From: a virus
Strand: one strand, 5' to 3'
IMG/VR virus record: IMGVR_UViG_3300020034_000005
Location: 1 to 64,000 of that record
DNA: 64,000 nt
Each line of letters starts with the position of its first letter. The stretch's first letter is position 1. The notes below the pieces were generated by a model. The model was not told where the DNA came from. It was given only the letters and a program-made list of their open reading frames with translations, and ran no database searches. The translations under genes and the position numbers were made by a program. Below, piece after piece: positions 37,904 to 47,636 of this stretch.

Positions 37904-38148
37904 CCGCCACCTTCCGGCTCCGCGTCGGCACGGACATCCGCATCGAGCACGACGACTACACCAACGCAGCCCCGGCACTCACCTTCCTGAACCCGGGCCA
38001 CCAGATCGCTGTGACCCTCCTCGCCGCGTTCGATGACGAGGACGCAGTAGCCGGAGCTGATCGGCTGGTTGCGGCCGTCAGCGAGTGGCGCGACGGAGTA
38101 CGAGCAGCCGTCGCCAAGCAGGCCGCAGCAGTGAAGGCGGCGGCGTGA
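37900..38148 (+). CDS. Hypothetical protein
   Basis: ATGA coupling. Confidence 0.5.
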   Translation: MTATFRLRVGTDIRIEHDDYTNAAPALTFLNPGHQIAVTLLAAFDDEDAVAGADRLVAAVSEWRDGVRAAVAKQAAAVKAAA

Positions 38149-38324
38149 TGGTCACCCTCACGAAGCTCCCCGCCGCTGACCTCGAAGTTTTCCAACTCGC
38201 CCAGGCCGACCACCGGTTCCTCGCCGAGCACGGCCGGGAGGCGGGCTGGCAGCCCTGCGAGCGCGAGCACTACGAGGCGCTCATGGACGTCATCCACAAC
38301 CAGCGCAGGCGGAGGGCGGCATGA
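38148..38324 (+). CDS. Hypothetical protein
   Basis: TGATG coupling. Confidence 0.45.
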   Translation: MVTLTKLPAADLEVFQLAQADHRFLAEHGREAGWQPCEREHYEALMDVIHNQRRRRAA

Positions 38325-38584
38325 CGATCCTCCGCCCCGAGACGACCATCCTGGCCGCCGCCCTATGCGACCTCCCCGACGCCGACCCGGCCGTTCAGCA
38401 GCGGCTAGGCGCCGGGCTGGTCCGGGCGCTCCACGTCACCAACCGCGACCCCGACTTCGAGGACAGCTACAACTCCGGCCACGTCGAGACCGACCTCGAC
38501 GCCTGGGCGGCCCGCGTCGACACGAAAAACCACCGGCACAAGCCGCCCGCCCCGACACTCCGCCGCACCGGGGGGACCGCATGA
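38321..38584 (+). CDS. Hypothetical protein
   Basis: ATGA coupling. Confidence 0.5.
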   Translation: MTILRPETTILAAALCDLPDADPAVQQRLGAGLVRALHVTNRDPDFEDSYNSGHVETDLDAWAARVDTKNHRHKPPAPTLRRTGGTA

Positions 38585-38787
38585 GCATCCGCCGCACCCA
38601 CGGCATCGGCCCGGAGATCGTCGCCACGGAAGCCACGCTCATCGGCACCAGCGAGCTGGAGGCCCGCGACATGGCCGCCGCAGCCCGCACCGTCCGCGCC
38701 CACGCCCGTGATGAAGACGACCGCGCCATGTTGCTCGCCGTCCTCGGGCTCACCGCATACGACCGCACCAGGGGGAACCGATCATGA
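38581..38787 (+). CDS. Hypothetical protein
   Basis: ATGA coupling; DEDDRAMLLAVLGL. Confidence 0.5.
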   Translation: MSIRRTHGIGPEIVATEATLIGTSELEARDMAAAARTVRAHARDEDDRAMLLAVLGLTAYDRTRGNRS

Positions 38788-39146
38788 GCACTGAGACCTG
38801 CACCTGCGGCGAGATCGCTGAGGCTGTCGAGATCGCCCGGATCCGTGAGGCTCAGACGCTGCGCCTCGACGCAGAGGTTGCCCGGCTGGCTAAGGAGCTC
38901 GCGGACACCACAGAATCCCGCGACTTCTACGCCCGCTCCGCCCGGCACATCGCGGCGAAACGGAACCTGGCCGAGGTCGTCATCTGCCTGTGGGACTCGG
39001 GCGATCTGCCCGCCGACACGGCGCTGCGAATGATCCGGTCCGCGCTCGATGTCGGGGACGTCCAGACGTTCGACGCGCTGACGGCGGCAACCACCTGCGC
39101 CAACTCCCGTACCCAGCAGGACCAGCGGAAGGCGGCGGAACTGTGA
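38784..39146 (+). CDS. Hypothetical coiled-coil protein
   Basis: ATGA coupling. Confidence 0.55.
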   Translation: MSTETCTCGEIAEAVEIARIREAQTLRLDAEVARLAKELADTTESRDFYARSARHIAAKRNLAEVVICLWDSGDLPADTALRMIRSALDVGDVQTFDALTAATTCANSRTQQDQRKAAEL

Positions 39147-39661
39147 GCACCGTAGACACCGTGAAGGCCGTCGCCCGGCACCGGAAGCTGTCGTGGTTGG
39201 GCCTCGCCGCACTCGCCGGCGTGCAGGGCAAGGAGCTGAACACACTCCGGCCGCGGGTCGCCGAACTGGAGGCGGCGCTGGACAACGCGGCGTTCCGCCT
39301 CGACGGGGCCCTGCTCCTCGCCGGGGGGCTCCGCCTGCAGCTCGACGAAGCCCACGACATCCGCGACGACATCAACGCCAAGGCCGTCCGCTACGACGAA
39401 GCCGAACACCGTGCCACCGCAGCCGAGCAGCAGCTCGCCGCTAAGGACGAAGAACTGATCGCGCTCCGCCAGTTCAAGGCCAACGTCCAGTCCGTCGACG
39501 TCACCCAGCTCGGCCACCGCGACATCGACCCCGGCGACGCGGTCACCGTGCCCGTCCCGATCGTCAAGACGCTCGCCGAGGCGTTCGGCCAGGGCCGCGC
39601 CAGCACCGACCCCGCACGCACCACCTGGGGCCGCCGCAACGAGCAGGCAGGGGTGGCGTAG
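39143..39661 (+). CDS. Hypothetical coiled-coil protein
   Basis: GTGA coupling. Confidence 0.55.
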   Translation: MSTVDTVKAVARHRKLSWLGLAALAGVQGKELNTLRPRVAELEAALDNAAFRLDGALLLAGGLRLQLDEAHDIRDDINAKAVRYDEAEHRATAAEQQLAAKDEELIALRQFKANVQSVDVTQLGHRDIDPGDAVTVPVPIVKTLAEAFGQGRASTDPARTTWGRRNEQAGVA

Positions 39662-41076
39662 TGGACGCCTACTGGGAGGACACGGACGCCGGGATCACCC
39701 TGTACCTCGGCGACTGCCTCACCGTGCTGCCCACCCTGGCCGACGCGTCCGTGGACTCCATCGTCACCGACCCGCCCTACGGGTTGACCGAGTTGGCAGC
39801 CGCGACGGTTCTGTCAGCGATAGCCGCATGGATGGCAGGCGACCGGACGCACGTGCCGGATGGGCGCGGGTTCATGGGCCGCGAGTGGGATCGTTTCGTG
39901 CCACCGCCTGGTGTGTGGGACGAGTGCCTACGGGTCCTGAAGCCGGGCGGTCACGTGCTGGCGTTCGCTGGTGCCCGCACCGTGGACCTGATGACGCTGT
40001 CGATCCGCATCGCCGGGTTCGAGATCCGCGACAGCATCGACTGGATCTACGGCAGTGGCTTCCCGAAATCACACGATGTTTCCAAGGCCATCGACAAGGC
40101 GGCCGGGGCGCAGCGCGAGGTAGTAGGGGCAAGCGCGCATAGCGCTAACCGGTCGGCCGGTTCCTGGCAGGCGGACGGCCGGGCCCCTACGAGAATGGCG
40201 AAAGGCAACGAGGGGGAACGCCAGATCACCGCCCCGGCCACCGCCGATGCGGCCCGCTGGGACGGGTGGGGCACGGCACTCAAGCCCGCCCACGAGCCCA
40301 TCGTTCTCGCCCGTAGGCCGCTCTCCGGGACCGTCGTCGTGAACGTCCTTCAGCACGGCACCGGGGCCCTCAACATCGACGACTGTCGGACCGTCGCCGG
40401 GCAGGACTACCGGCAGAAGTGCGCGTCCGTGGTGGGCATCGACAGTCCCCGCAACGGCGACACCGGCGGCGAACGGACCGGGGCCCGGGAGGACTCCGCG
40501 CACGTTGCGGGCCGTTGGCCGACGAACGTGATCCTCACCCACCCGCCGCTCCTCGATGACGACGGGCAGGTCGTGGGAGACGCGTGCGCAGACGGGTGCG
40601 TACCCGGCTGCCCCGTCGCGGAGATGGACGCGCAGAGCGGGGGCAGCACCAGCGCAGCAAAGGGCAAGGCCGGGGGCGCCTTCAAGTCCACGAGCCTGTA
40701 CGCGCAGGACGCGACCTCGCGCGGCATGGCCCGGACCGAACGCCCGACACACGGCGACAAGGGCGGCGCATCCCGCTTCTTCACCGTCTTCCGCTACGAG
40801 GCGAAGGCCCCGGCCTCAGAGCGTCCCCGGCTGGCGGACGGCACCGCGCACACCACGGTCAAACCGCTCGCCCTGATGCGGTGGCTGATCCGGCTCGTCA
40901 CCCCGCCCGGCGGAGCCGTCCTCGATCCGTTCGTCGGCTCCGGCACCACGCTGGAAGCGGCCCTCATCGAAGGGTTCCCCGCCATCGGTATCGAGCGCGA
41001 AGCCGACCACGCCGAACTGTGCGTGACCCGGCTCGCCAAGCCCATCACGTCGACCCTCTTCGGCGCCACCCCCTGA
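39661..41076 (+). CDS. DNA amino-methyltransferase (N6-A/N4-C, beta class)
   Basis: VTDPPY catalytic motif; VLDPFVGSGTT SAM motif. Confidence 0.92.
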   Translation: MDAYWEDTDAGITLYLGDCLTVLPTLADASVDSIVTDPPYGLTELAAATVLSAIAAWMAGDRTHVPDGRGFMGREWDRFVPPPGVWDECLRVLKPGGHVLAFAGARTVDLMTLSIRIAGFEIRDSIDWIYGSGFPKSHDVSKAIDKAAGAQREVVGASAHSANRSAGSWQADGRAPTRMAKGNEGERQITAPATADAARWDGWGTALKPAHEPIVLARRPLSGTVVVNVLQHGTGALNIDDCRTVAGQDYRQKCASVVGIDSPRNGDTGGERTGAREDSAHVAGRWPTNVILTHPPLLDDDGQVVGDACADGCVPGCPVAEMDAQSGGSTSAAKGKAGGAFKSTSLYAQDATSRGMARTERPTHGDKGGASRFFTVFRYEAKAPASERPRLADGTAHTTVKPLALMRWLIRLVTPPGGAVLDPFVGSGTTLEAALIEGFPAIGIEREADHAELCVTRLAKPITSTLFGATP

Positions 41077-41190
41077 CCGGGCGCGCTGTCGCGGATGTCA
41101 CCGACCCCCACAGCGCGCCCTCACCACGTACCGCACCCGCCGAGGACAAGTCGGCGGGCGCCCACCCAGCACCCCAACAAGGAGATCACC

Positions 41191-41922
41191 GTGTTCCGTA
41201 AGACCCCCAGCGCCCCGCTCCCCACCCCGACCAGCACCGGTCCGGCGATCAGCTTCGACAAGGTGCCCGCCGGCCTCGTCAACCTGACCAAGACCGCCGC
41301 CGTCAGCCTGGAGAAGTCCGGGCTCACCGGGCAGCGCGCCGCCGTATACCTGGTCCTCGACCACTCCGGGAGCATGACCAGCTTCTACCGCGACGGGTCA
41401 GTGCAGCGCCTCGCCGAGCAGGCGCTCGGCCTGTCCGCGAACCTCGACGACGACGGCACCGTCCCCATCGGCTACTTCGGATCGACCGCCGAGCCCATGC
41501 TCGACGCCCGCCTCGACAACTACGCGGGGATCGTCGACCGCACCCACCCCGCGGTCCGCTGGGGGTCCACCAACTACGTGGCCGCCATGCAGGCCGTCAT
41601 CGACGAGCACCAGCGGTCCGGTGCCACAGACCCCGCGTTCGTGATCTTCCAGACGGACGGGTCCCCCGACGACCGTGGCGCAGCCGAGCGGATGCTCCGT
41701 GACGCCTCCCGGCTGCCGATCTTCTGGGCGTTCGTCGGGTTCGGAAACAACATCCACTTCCTGGAGAAGCTCGACGACCTTCGCGGCAGGGCTGTCGACA
41801 ACGCGTCGTTCTTCCACGCCGCGAACCCGCACCAGGTGACGGACGCCGACCTGTACGACGGCATCACGCACGAGTACGCGGGCTGGCTCGCCGCAGCGAC
41901 GGCCGCCGGAATCGTCGCCTGA
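41191..41922 (+). CDS. vWA domain protein (TerF/TerY-associated vWA-like)
   Basis: MIDAS LVLDHSGSM, TNY, FQTDG, IFWAFVGFG. Confidence 0.8.
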   Translation: MFRKTPSAPLPTPTSTGPAISFDKVPAGLVNLTKTAAVSLEKSGLTGQRAAVYLVLDHSGSMTSFYRDGSVQRLAEQALGLSANLDDDGTVPIGYFGSTAEPMLDARLDNYAGIVDRTHPAVRWGSTNYVAAMQAVIDEHQRSGATDPAFVIFQTDGSPDDRGAAERMLRDASRLPIFWAFVGFGNNIHFLEKLDDLRGRAVDNASFFHAANPHQVTDADLYDGITHEYAGWLAAATAAGIVA

Positions 41923-42045
41923 CAGCCCCCTGACCGCTGTGGTGCAGCGCCCCCCTTCGCGCGCCACGGCACCCAGGCCCGCCGAGCCCGAACCCCCCGC
42001 CCGGGCTCGGCGGGTCCCCATCACTGCACCCGAAAGGCACGGCAC

Positions 42046-43047
42046 ATGAGCACCACAGAGCAGGCGAGCTTCTCGCCGCCACTCACTTACCCGACCGGGG
42101 CGACGGTCATCCTCGAGCCCGGAGCACCCAGAGAGGACTGGCACGCCGCCCGCCAAGGGGGCATCGGAGGCTCCGACATGGCCGCCATCTGCGGCCTCAA
42201 CCCCTACACCAGCCCGCTCGAGATCTGGTTCCAGAAGACCGGCCGGCCTGTCCCTCGCCGCGACAACCCGGTCCTCGACGAGGCCGCCATCTACGGCCAC
42301 CTCCTCGAGCCCGTCGTCGCCACCCGCTTCCTCGCCATCACCGGCCTGTACGCAGCCGAAGGGCCCGGCACTCTGGGGCGCCCCGATAAGCCGTGGATCG
42401 CCAACCTCGACCGCGTCACCCACGAAGACGGCCAGCCCGGCGTTGTCGAGATCAAGACCCGCTCGAGCTACGCCCTCAAGGACTGGCTCGACGAAGTGCC
42501 CGTCGCCGTCCAGATCCAGACCCAGTGGTATCTCGCCGTCACCGGCTGGCAGTTCGCCTACAGCGCCTGCTCCATCGGCGGCCAGCGCACGGTCATCCAC
42601 CGCCTCGAGCGCGACGACCAGATGATCGCAGACCTGGAGAAGATCGCAGACGAGTTCTGGGACCAGGTGCAGACCGGCACCCAGCCCGCCATCGACGGAT
42701 CCGCGGCCACCGGCGACCTCCTCGACCGGCTTCACGCGAACCCTCTCGAGTCCGTGGTCGTCGCCGACGCGCTCGAGGTCGAGGGCTGGCTCAAGCAGCG
42801 CGCCCACGCCAAAGAACAGATGGCCGCTGCGGACCTCGCCCTCACCGACGCCGAGAACCACCTCAAGGCCATCGCCGGGGACGCCACCGACGTCCACATC
42901 CGCGGCGAACTCGCCTACTCCTGGCGCCGCCGCAAAGGCCAGGTCTCGTGGAAGGCCGCAGCGCTCGAGGCCGACCCCGACATCAACCCCGAGGACTACC
43001 GGGGCGAACCCACCCGCGTCTTCAACATCCACCTGGAGAACCTGTGA
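42046..43047 (+). CDS. YqaJ/RecE-like exonuclease
   Basis: GIGGSD, ANLDR, VEIKT, QTQWY. Confidence 0.9.
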   Translation: MSTTEQASFSPPLTYPTGATVILEPGAPREDWHAARQGGIGGSDMAAICGLNPYTSPLEIWFQKTGRPVPRRDNPVLDEAAIYGHLLEPVVATRFLAITGLYAAEGPGTLGRPDKPWIANLDRVTHEDGQPGVVEIKTRSSYALKDWLDEVPVAVQIQTQWYLAVTGWQFAYSACSIGGQRTVIHRLERDDQMIADLEKIADEFWDQVQTGTQPAIDGSAATGDLLDRLHANPLESVVVADALEVEGWLKQRAHAKEQMAAADLALTDAENHLKAIAGDATDVHIRGELAYSWRRRKGQVSWKAAALEADPDINPEDYRGEPTRVFNIHLENL

Positions 43048-43847
43048 CCGACGCCCGCAACGCCGTCGCCCGCCGCGCCGAGAACGTCGGCGCCGTCCAG
43101 CAGAACGGCGAGCAGCAGCAGCCGACCATGGCGCAGCAGATCGAGAAGATGAAGCCGGAGCTGGCCCGCGCGCTGCCCAAGCACATGGACGCCGACCGGA
43201 TCGCCCGCATCGCCCTGACGTTGATCCGCAAGAACCCCGACCTGGCCACCTGCAGCACTGCATCGTTCCTCGGCGCGCTGATGACCTGCTCGCAGCTGGG
43301 CTTCGAGCCGGGCTCGCCCACGCAGGAGGCATTCATCGTCCCCTACAAGGGGGAGGCCTCGTTCCAGCTCGGTTACCAGGGCATGGTGACGCTCTTCTAC
43401 CAGCACCCGATGGCCTCGTCGGTGAAGGTCGAGACCGTCCGCGAGAACGACTACTTCGAGCACGAAGAGGGCCTCGAGGAGACGCTCGTCCACCGGCCGT
43501 TCGCCGGCGGGCCGCGGGGCCGCGCAGTCGCCTACTACTCCGTCGCCCGCCTCATCAACGGTGGCCGGACCTTCAAGGTCATGTACCCGTCGGAGATTGA
43601 GGAGCGGCGCCTGAAGATGCCCTCCAAGAACAGCCCTGCCTGGCGGAACAGTTACGACGAGATGGCCAAGAAGACCGTCCTGCGTAACCACTTCAAGGCC
43701 CTGCCGAAGAGCGCATCCCTGGCCCGCGCCATGGCCCACGACGGGACCGTGCGCACCGACATCCAGGCCGACGCCATTGACGTCGCGCCCCAGCACGACG
43801 GGCCGCCCGAGCTCACCGCCGGGGCCTCGAGCGACCAGCAGCAGTAA
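43044..43847 (+). CDS. recT: RecT-family single-strand annealing protein
   Basis: AFIVPY, QLGYQG, SPAW..YDEMAKKTV. Confidence 0.92.
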   Translation: MTDARNAVARRAENVGAVQQNGEQQQPTMAQQIEKMKPELARALPKHMDADRIARIALTLIRKNPDLATCSTASFLGALMTCSQLGFEPGSPTQEAFIVPYKGEASFQLGYQGMVTLFYQHPMASSVKVETVRENDYFEHEEGLEETLVHRPFAGGPRGRAVAYYSVARLINGGRTFKVMYPSEIEERRLKMPSKNSPAWRNSYDEMAKKTVLRNHFKALPKSASLARAMAHDGTVRTDIQADAIDVAPQHDGPPELTAGASSDQQQ

Positions 43848-43930
43848 CCGCCCCGTTGGGGCCCCCTGCCCGTCCGAAGCAGGCAGGGGGCCCCGGAACC
43901 CCATCGCACCACACCCGGAAGGAAACCGGC

Positions 43931-44209
43931 ATGACCGATCCCACCGCCACCCGCATGTACGACGCCGTTGAGTACGGGCTCTGGCAAGACCTCGCCGACG
44001 CACTCAACCGCATCGAGGAGTACGGCCTCGACCCCATCGCTCAACTCTGTGAGCAGCTCAACGCCAAGCCTGTTCAGGCCATCGACGCAGGTGACGTCAT
44101 CCACGGGAGTGGTGTCCGCAAGCCCGGCGGCTACCTCCTGCGCCACCGGTCCAGCCGGTTCGGCTGGACCGTCCAGGACCGCGCCAAGGCCCCGGAGGTC
44201 ACGTCATGA
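43931..44209 (+). CDS. Hypothetical protein
   Basis: AAGGA RBS. Confidence 0.5.
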   Translation: MTDPTATRMYDAVEYGLWQDLADALNRIEEYGLDPIAQLCEQLNAKPVQAIDAGDVIHGSGVRKPGGYLLRHRSSRFGWTVQDRAKAPEVTS

Positions 44210-44637
44210 CGACCCCCCTGTACGTCCTCGACATCCGCGAGGACGACGACGGCATCGAACAGCCCAACGAAGCCCTCTTCACCCCCACCCCGGAGAACGC
44301 CGCCGAGTACGGCTTCATGACCCGCGACGGCATCCACCTCACCGGAGTCGGCGAGGAGGACGAGCCGCCCACCGAGTTCGTTGCCCTCGGCCACAACCAC
44401 ACCTGGACGGCGCTCGCGCTCCTCGCCGACGCATGGATGCGGAAGAACCACCCCGACGCCGACCTCCCCGTACACACCCGGCCGCCCGTCCGGAAGCACG
44501 CCGTGTTCATCACCCACCCCCACCCCGACCACCCGTGCGGCTGCGCATGGGACGGCCAGTGGCGGCTCGTCTACGCCCCCGCCACCGAACCCGGGGCTGT
44601 TGCGGTCACCGTCATCCCCGCAGGGAGGACGACATGA
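44206..44637 (+). CDS. Hypothetical protein
   Basis: ATGA coupling. Confidence 0.55.
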   Translation: MTTPLYVLDIREDDDGIEQPNEALFTPTPENAAEYGFMTRDGIHLTGVGEEDEPPTEFVALGHNHTWTALALLADAWMRKNHPDADLPVHTRPPVRKHAVFITHPHPDHPCGCAWDGQWRLVYAPATEPGAVAVTVIPAGRTT

Positions 44638-45029
44638 GGGCCCTGACGATCAAGCAGCCGTGGGCGGGTGCCATCGCCCACCAGACGAAGCGCGTCGAAA
44701 ACCGCACCTGGAAACTCCCCGCCAAGCACCACGGGGCCCGCATCCTCATCCACGCCGGCGCGGAACGAGACCGGTGGGCAGTCGTCCACGGCGACCACCT
44801 CGACGTGTACAGCGCGATCGTCGCCGTCGCCACGCTCACCGGCTGCCACTGGGCCGAGAGCGACCGCCTGTGCAGCCCCTGGAGCCAGGACGACGCCTAC
44901 CACTGGACGCTCGACGACGTCATTGCCCTTCCGCAGCCCGTGCCCGCGAAGGGGCGGCTGGGTCTCTGGGCACCCGACGCCGAACTGATCACCGCCGTCG
45001 AGCAGCAGCTGCAGGCGGTGACCCGATGA
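44634..45029 (+). CDS. ASCH-domain protein
   Basis: ALTIKQPWA..KRVENRTW..LIHAG..KGRLGLW. Confidence 0.85.
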   Translation: MRALTIKQPWAGAIAHQTKRVENRTWKLPAKHHGARILIHAGAERDRWAVVHGDHLDVYSAIVAVATLTGCHWAESDRLCSPWSQDDAYHWTLDDVIALPQPVPAKGRLGLWAPDAELITAVEQQLQAVTR

Positions 45030-45784
45030 ACCGCTGGTACGTGGGTCAGCCCACGAAGCGTGGCGGCGTCCACCCTCCCCGCACGAAGACCAACCGGTAC
45101 GGCGAGCACTCGTCCGCCATGCGGCGCCAGGAGCAGCGCATCCACGACAAGGAGTTCCTCGCCAACTACGTGCAGCTCAAGCCCGGCATCCTCGTCGTCT
45201 GGGACGGGCAGCCGTACCGCGTCGTCGAGCTTGCCGAACGACCCCTCGACCTGTGGGGCGACAAGCATGAGGAGCGCTTCAAGGAAGCCCTCACCTACTG
45301 GGAGCGCTACCCGCGCGGCGACCGCCCCGAGAAGCTGACGTGGACCGGACGCCCCTACGCGTTCATCCTCGCCCCCGACGGCAGGCCGCAGGAGAAGCCC
45401 CTCCACCTGATCGGCCCCGCAGACCACTCCTGGGACGTGCTGCCCGAGCACTACGCGATCTGTTCCGCGTGCGGTGAACTCCCGCCCTGCCACGACGAAC
45501 TCGCCGAACGTGAAGGCGACCGGCAGGCCGCCCGCGCCGACGTCCTCATGGACATCGCACCCGGCCACTGCCTCGGCTGCGGCGAGTACGTCAACGCCCG
45601 CCAGAAGGCCGCCCGCTTCCCCGGCCCGAACCTGTGGCGGCCGGACCTCCCGGAGAACTCGGCGGTGTTCCACGCCCGGCAGGAGTGCTCCGACGAAGTC
45701 GACCGCTACCGCACCCAGTGGGAAGCGCGCGGCAACAACAACCCGCAGAGCAGCCTCTTCGCCGACGAGGAGAACACGTCATGA
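45026..45784 (+). CDS. Cys/His-rich hypothetical protein
   Basis: CSACGE, CLGCGE motifs; ATGA coupling. Confidence 0.6.
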   Translation: MNRWYVGQPTKRGGVHPPRTKTNRYGEHSSAMRRQEQRIHDKEFLANYVQLKPGILVVWDGQPYRVVELAERPLDLWGDKHEERFKEALTYWERYPRGDRPEKLTWTGRPYAFILAPDGRPQEKPLHLIGPADHSWDVLPEHYAICSACGELPPCHDELAEREGDRQAARADVLMDIAPGHCLGCGEYVNARQKAARFPGPNLWRPDLPENSAVFHARQECSDEVDRYRTQWEARGNNNPQSSLFADEENTS

Positions 45785-46167
45785 CCATCACCTCCGCCGA
45801 GGCCCGCGACCTGGCGAACGCCGCGCTGGCCCGCCTGTACGGCAACGTCACCCAGTACGACCGGCTCCTCCTGGAGCAGGCCATCGACTCCATCGCCGGA
45901 GACGGCAGCCGGTTCAGCATGAACGAACTGCGCGCCGTGCTCCCCGAGATCGGCTACAAGGCCGCCGGCCTGTTCTTCCACGGCCTCGTCGCACCGCACA
46001 AGGTGCCGCTCGTCGAGATCGTCGACGAAGTCACCTCGGTCAACAAGAAAGCCCACGGGAAGACCGTCAAGGTCTACGTCCTCACCCCGCACGGCCGCGT
46101 CGCGTTCAGCAAGCGGCGGCGCGAGCGGGCAGCCCTCCGGGACCAGAACGCGAGGGCCGCCGCATGA
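45781..46167 (+). CDS. Winged-helix-like hypothetical protein
   Basis: FSMNELR..S..AHGKTVKVY. Confidence 0.55.
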   Translation: MTITSAEARDLANAALARLYGNVTQYDRLLLEQAIDSIAGDGSRFSMNELRAVLPEIGYKAAGLFFHGLVAPHKVPLVEIVDEVTSVNKKAHGKTVKVYVLTPHGRVAFSKRRRERAALRDQNARAAA

Positions 46168-46249
46168 GCAACCTCGCCTGGATCATCCCCGCGCTCATCA
46201 TCGCCGGGGCCCTCATCGCCGCAGCCGGAGCCTGGTTCAGGGGGCGGCG

Positions 46250-46411
46250 ATGAGCTTCGAGACCTACGTCAACACCTTCTTCATCATCGCGTTCGCCGGC
46301 GCCCTCATCGTCACCGCCACCAAATGGCTGTTCGTCGCGACCGTCACCTTCTGGCTGCTGTACGGCCTCTGGTACGCCGCGATCCGCCTCGACACCTGGA
46401 GGCGGACGTGA
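46250..46411 (+). CDS. 53-aa membrane protein
   Basis: Hydrophobic, ATGA/GTGA coupled; preceded by a 29-aa TM peptide at 46164-46253. Confidence 0.5.
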   Translation: MSFETYVNTFFIIAFAGALIVTATKWLFVATVTFWLLYGLWYAAIRLDTWRRT

Positions 46412-46662
46412 AGCTCCCCTGGTGGCTCCGACGGTCCTGGCAGCAAGCACAACGGACCGTGCACGAAGCCGAGATGAGCGTCGCCGCGTACCGGTTCCTC
46501 ACCGCCATCGAAGCCGAAGCCGCATGCCTCGACCAGCTCGCCGACGGCGTACCCGCCGCACCCGACAACCGGCCCGGCATCAACCTCGCCGCACACGACA
46601 CCTGCGAACTCATCTACGGCATGCCCGCCGACGACCACGACACCGAACGGGGGAAGCGATGA
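46408..46662 (+). CDS. Hypothetical protein
   Basis: GTGA coupling. Confidence 0.45.
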   Translation: MKLPWWLRRSWQQAQRTVHEAEMSVAAYRFLTAIEAEAACLDQLADGVPAAPDNRPGINLAAHDTCELIYGMPADDHDTERGKR

Positions 46663-47636
46663 CCACCGCAACCAACGAACCGCCCGCACACGGGACCTAC
46701 GCCCGCGGCAACGGCGCCCCCGGCTACCGACCGCCGTGCGACTGCCCGCCCTGCCGCAAAGCCCGGCTGCGGACCAAGAAGCACAACAAGGCCATGCGAG
46801 ACCTCGGCAAGGGCGCCCGCGTACCGGCAGACCAGGCCCGCACCCGACTCCAAGCCCTCTGCCAGACCATGACGTGGGACCAGATCGCCGCGGCCACCGG
46901 CTGCGAACCCGGCAACCTCCGCCTGATCAGCTCGGGCAGGCGGGCCGCGATCAACCGCAGCACCCAGAACAAGATCCTCGCCGTGGCACCGCAGCCCCCC
47001 AGCGCGCGCGGCAAATACGTCGACGCCACCGGAAGCCGCCGCCGACTCCAAGCCCTCCGCGCACTCGGCTACTCCGCCCGCCACATCGCCGACATCGGCG
47101 GGTTCGCCACCAGCGAGAGCCGCGTACACACCATCTGCGCCACCCGCCAGCCCACCGTCCGCCACCACCTGGCCGCGAAGATCACCGCCGCCTACACCGT
47201 CCTCGCCGGAACACTCCCGCCGCCCAGCGCCGGAACCACCATCGCCCGCAACTACGCCGCGAAACAGGGCTGGGCACCGCCCGGGGCCTGGGACAACATC
47301 GACGACCCGGCCGCCGTCCCCGACTCAACAGGGCACTGCGGCACCGACCGAGGCTGGTGGACCCACCGCAATACACACCTCCCCGTCTGCCAGCGGTGCG
47401 AGGCCGCCCACCAGGAGTGGAAGCGGGACCACCAGCACCTGGCCAGGACCGAGTTCATGAAGGCCCTCACGGCCGCCCGCTCCGCCGCCTCCCACCGCGG
47501 CGCCGACATTGCCGACGACGGCCGCGAACTCATCCGCCACGGCTGCGACTACGACACCGCCGCCGCCCGCATCGGCGTCACCCGCCAACACCTCCAACAA
47601 GAACTCCAACGCCACCCCGAAGGAGCCGCAGCATGA
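46659..47636 (+). CDS. Multi-HTH DNA-binding protein with Cys clusters
   Basis: HGTY..CDCPPC, RRRLQALRALGY, GWAPPGAWDNIDDP motifs common in actinophages. Confidence 0.75.
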   Translation: MTTATNEPPAHGTYARGNGAPGYRPPCDCPPCRKARLRTKKHNKAMRDLGKGARVPADQARTRLQALCQTMTWDQIAAATGCEPGNLRLISSGRRAAINRSTQNKILAVAPQPPSARGKYVDATGSRRRLQALRALGYSARHIADIGGFATSESRVHTICATRQPTVRHHLAAKITAAYTVLAGTLPPPSAGTTIARNYAAKQGWAPPGAWDNIDDPAAVPDSTGHCGTDRGWWTHRNTHLPVCQRCEAAHQEWKRDHQHLARTEFMKALTAARSAASHRGADIADDGRELIRHGCDYDTAAARIGVTRQHLQQELQRHPEGAAA

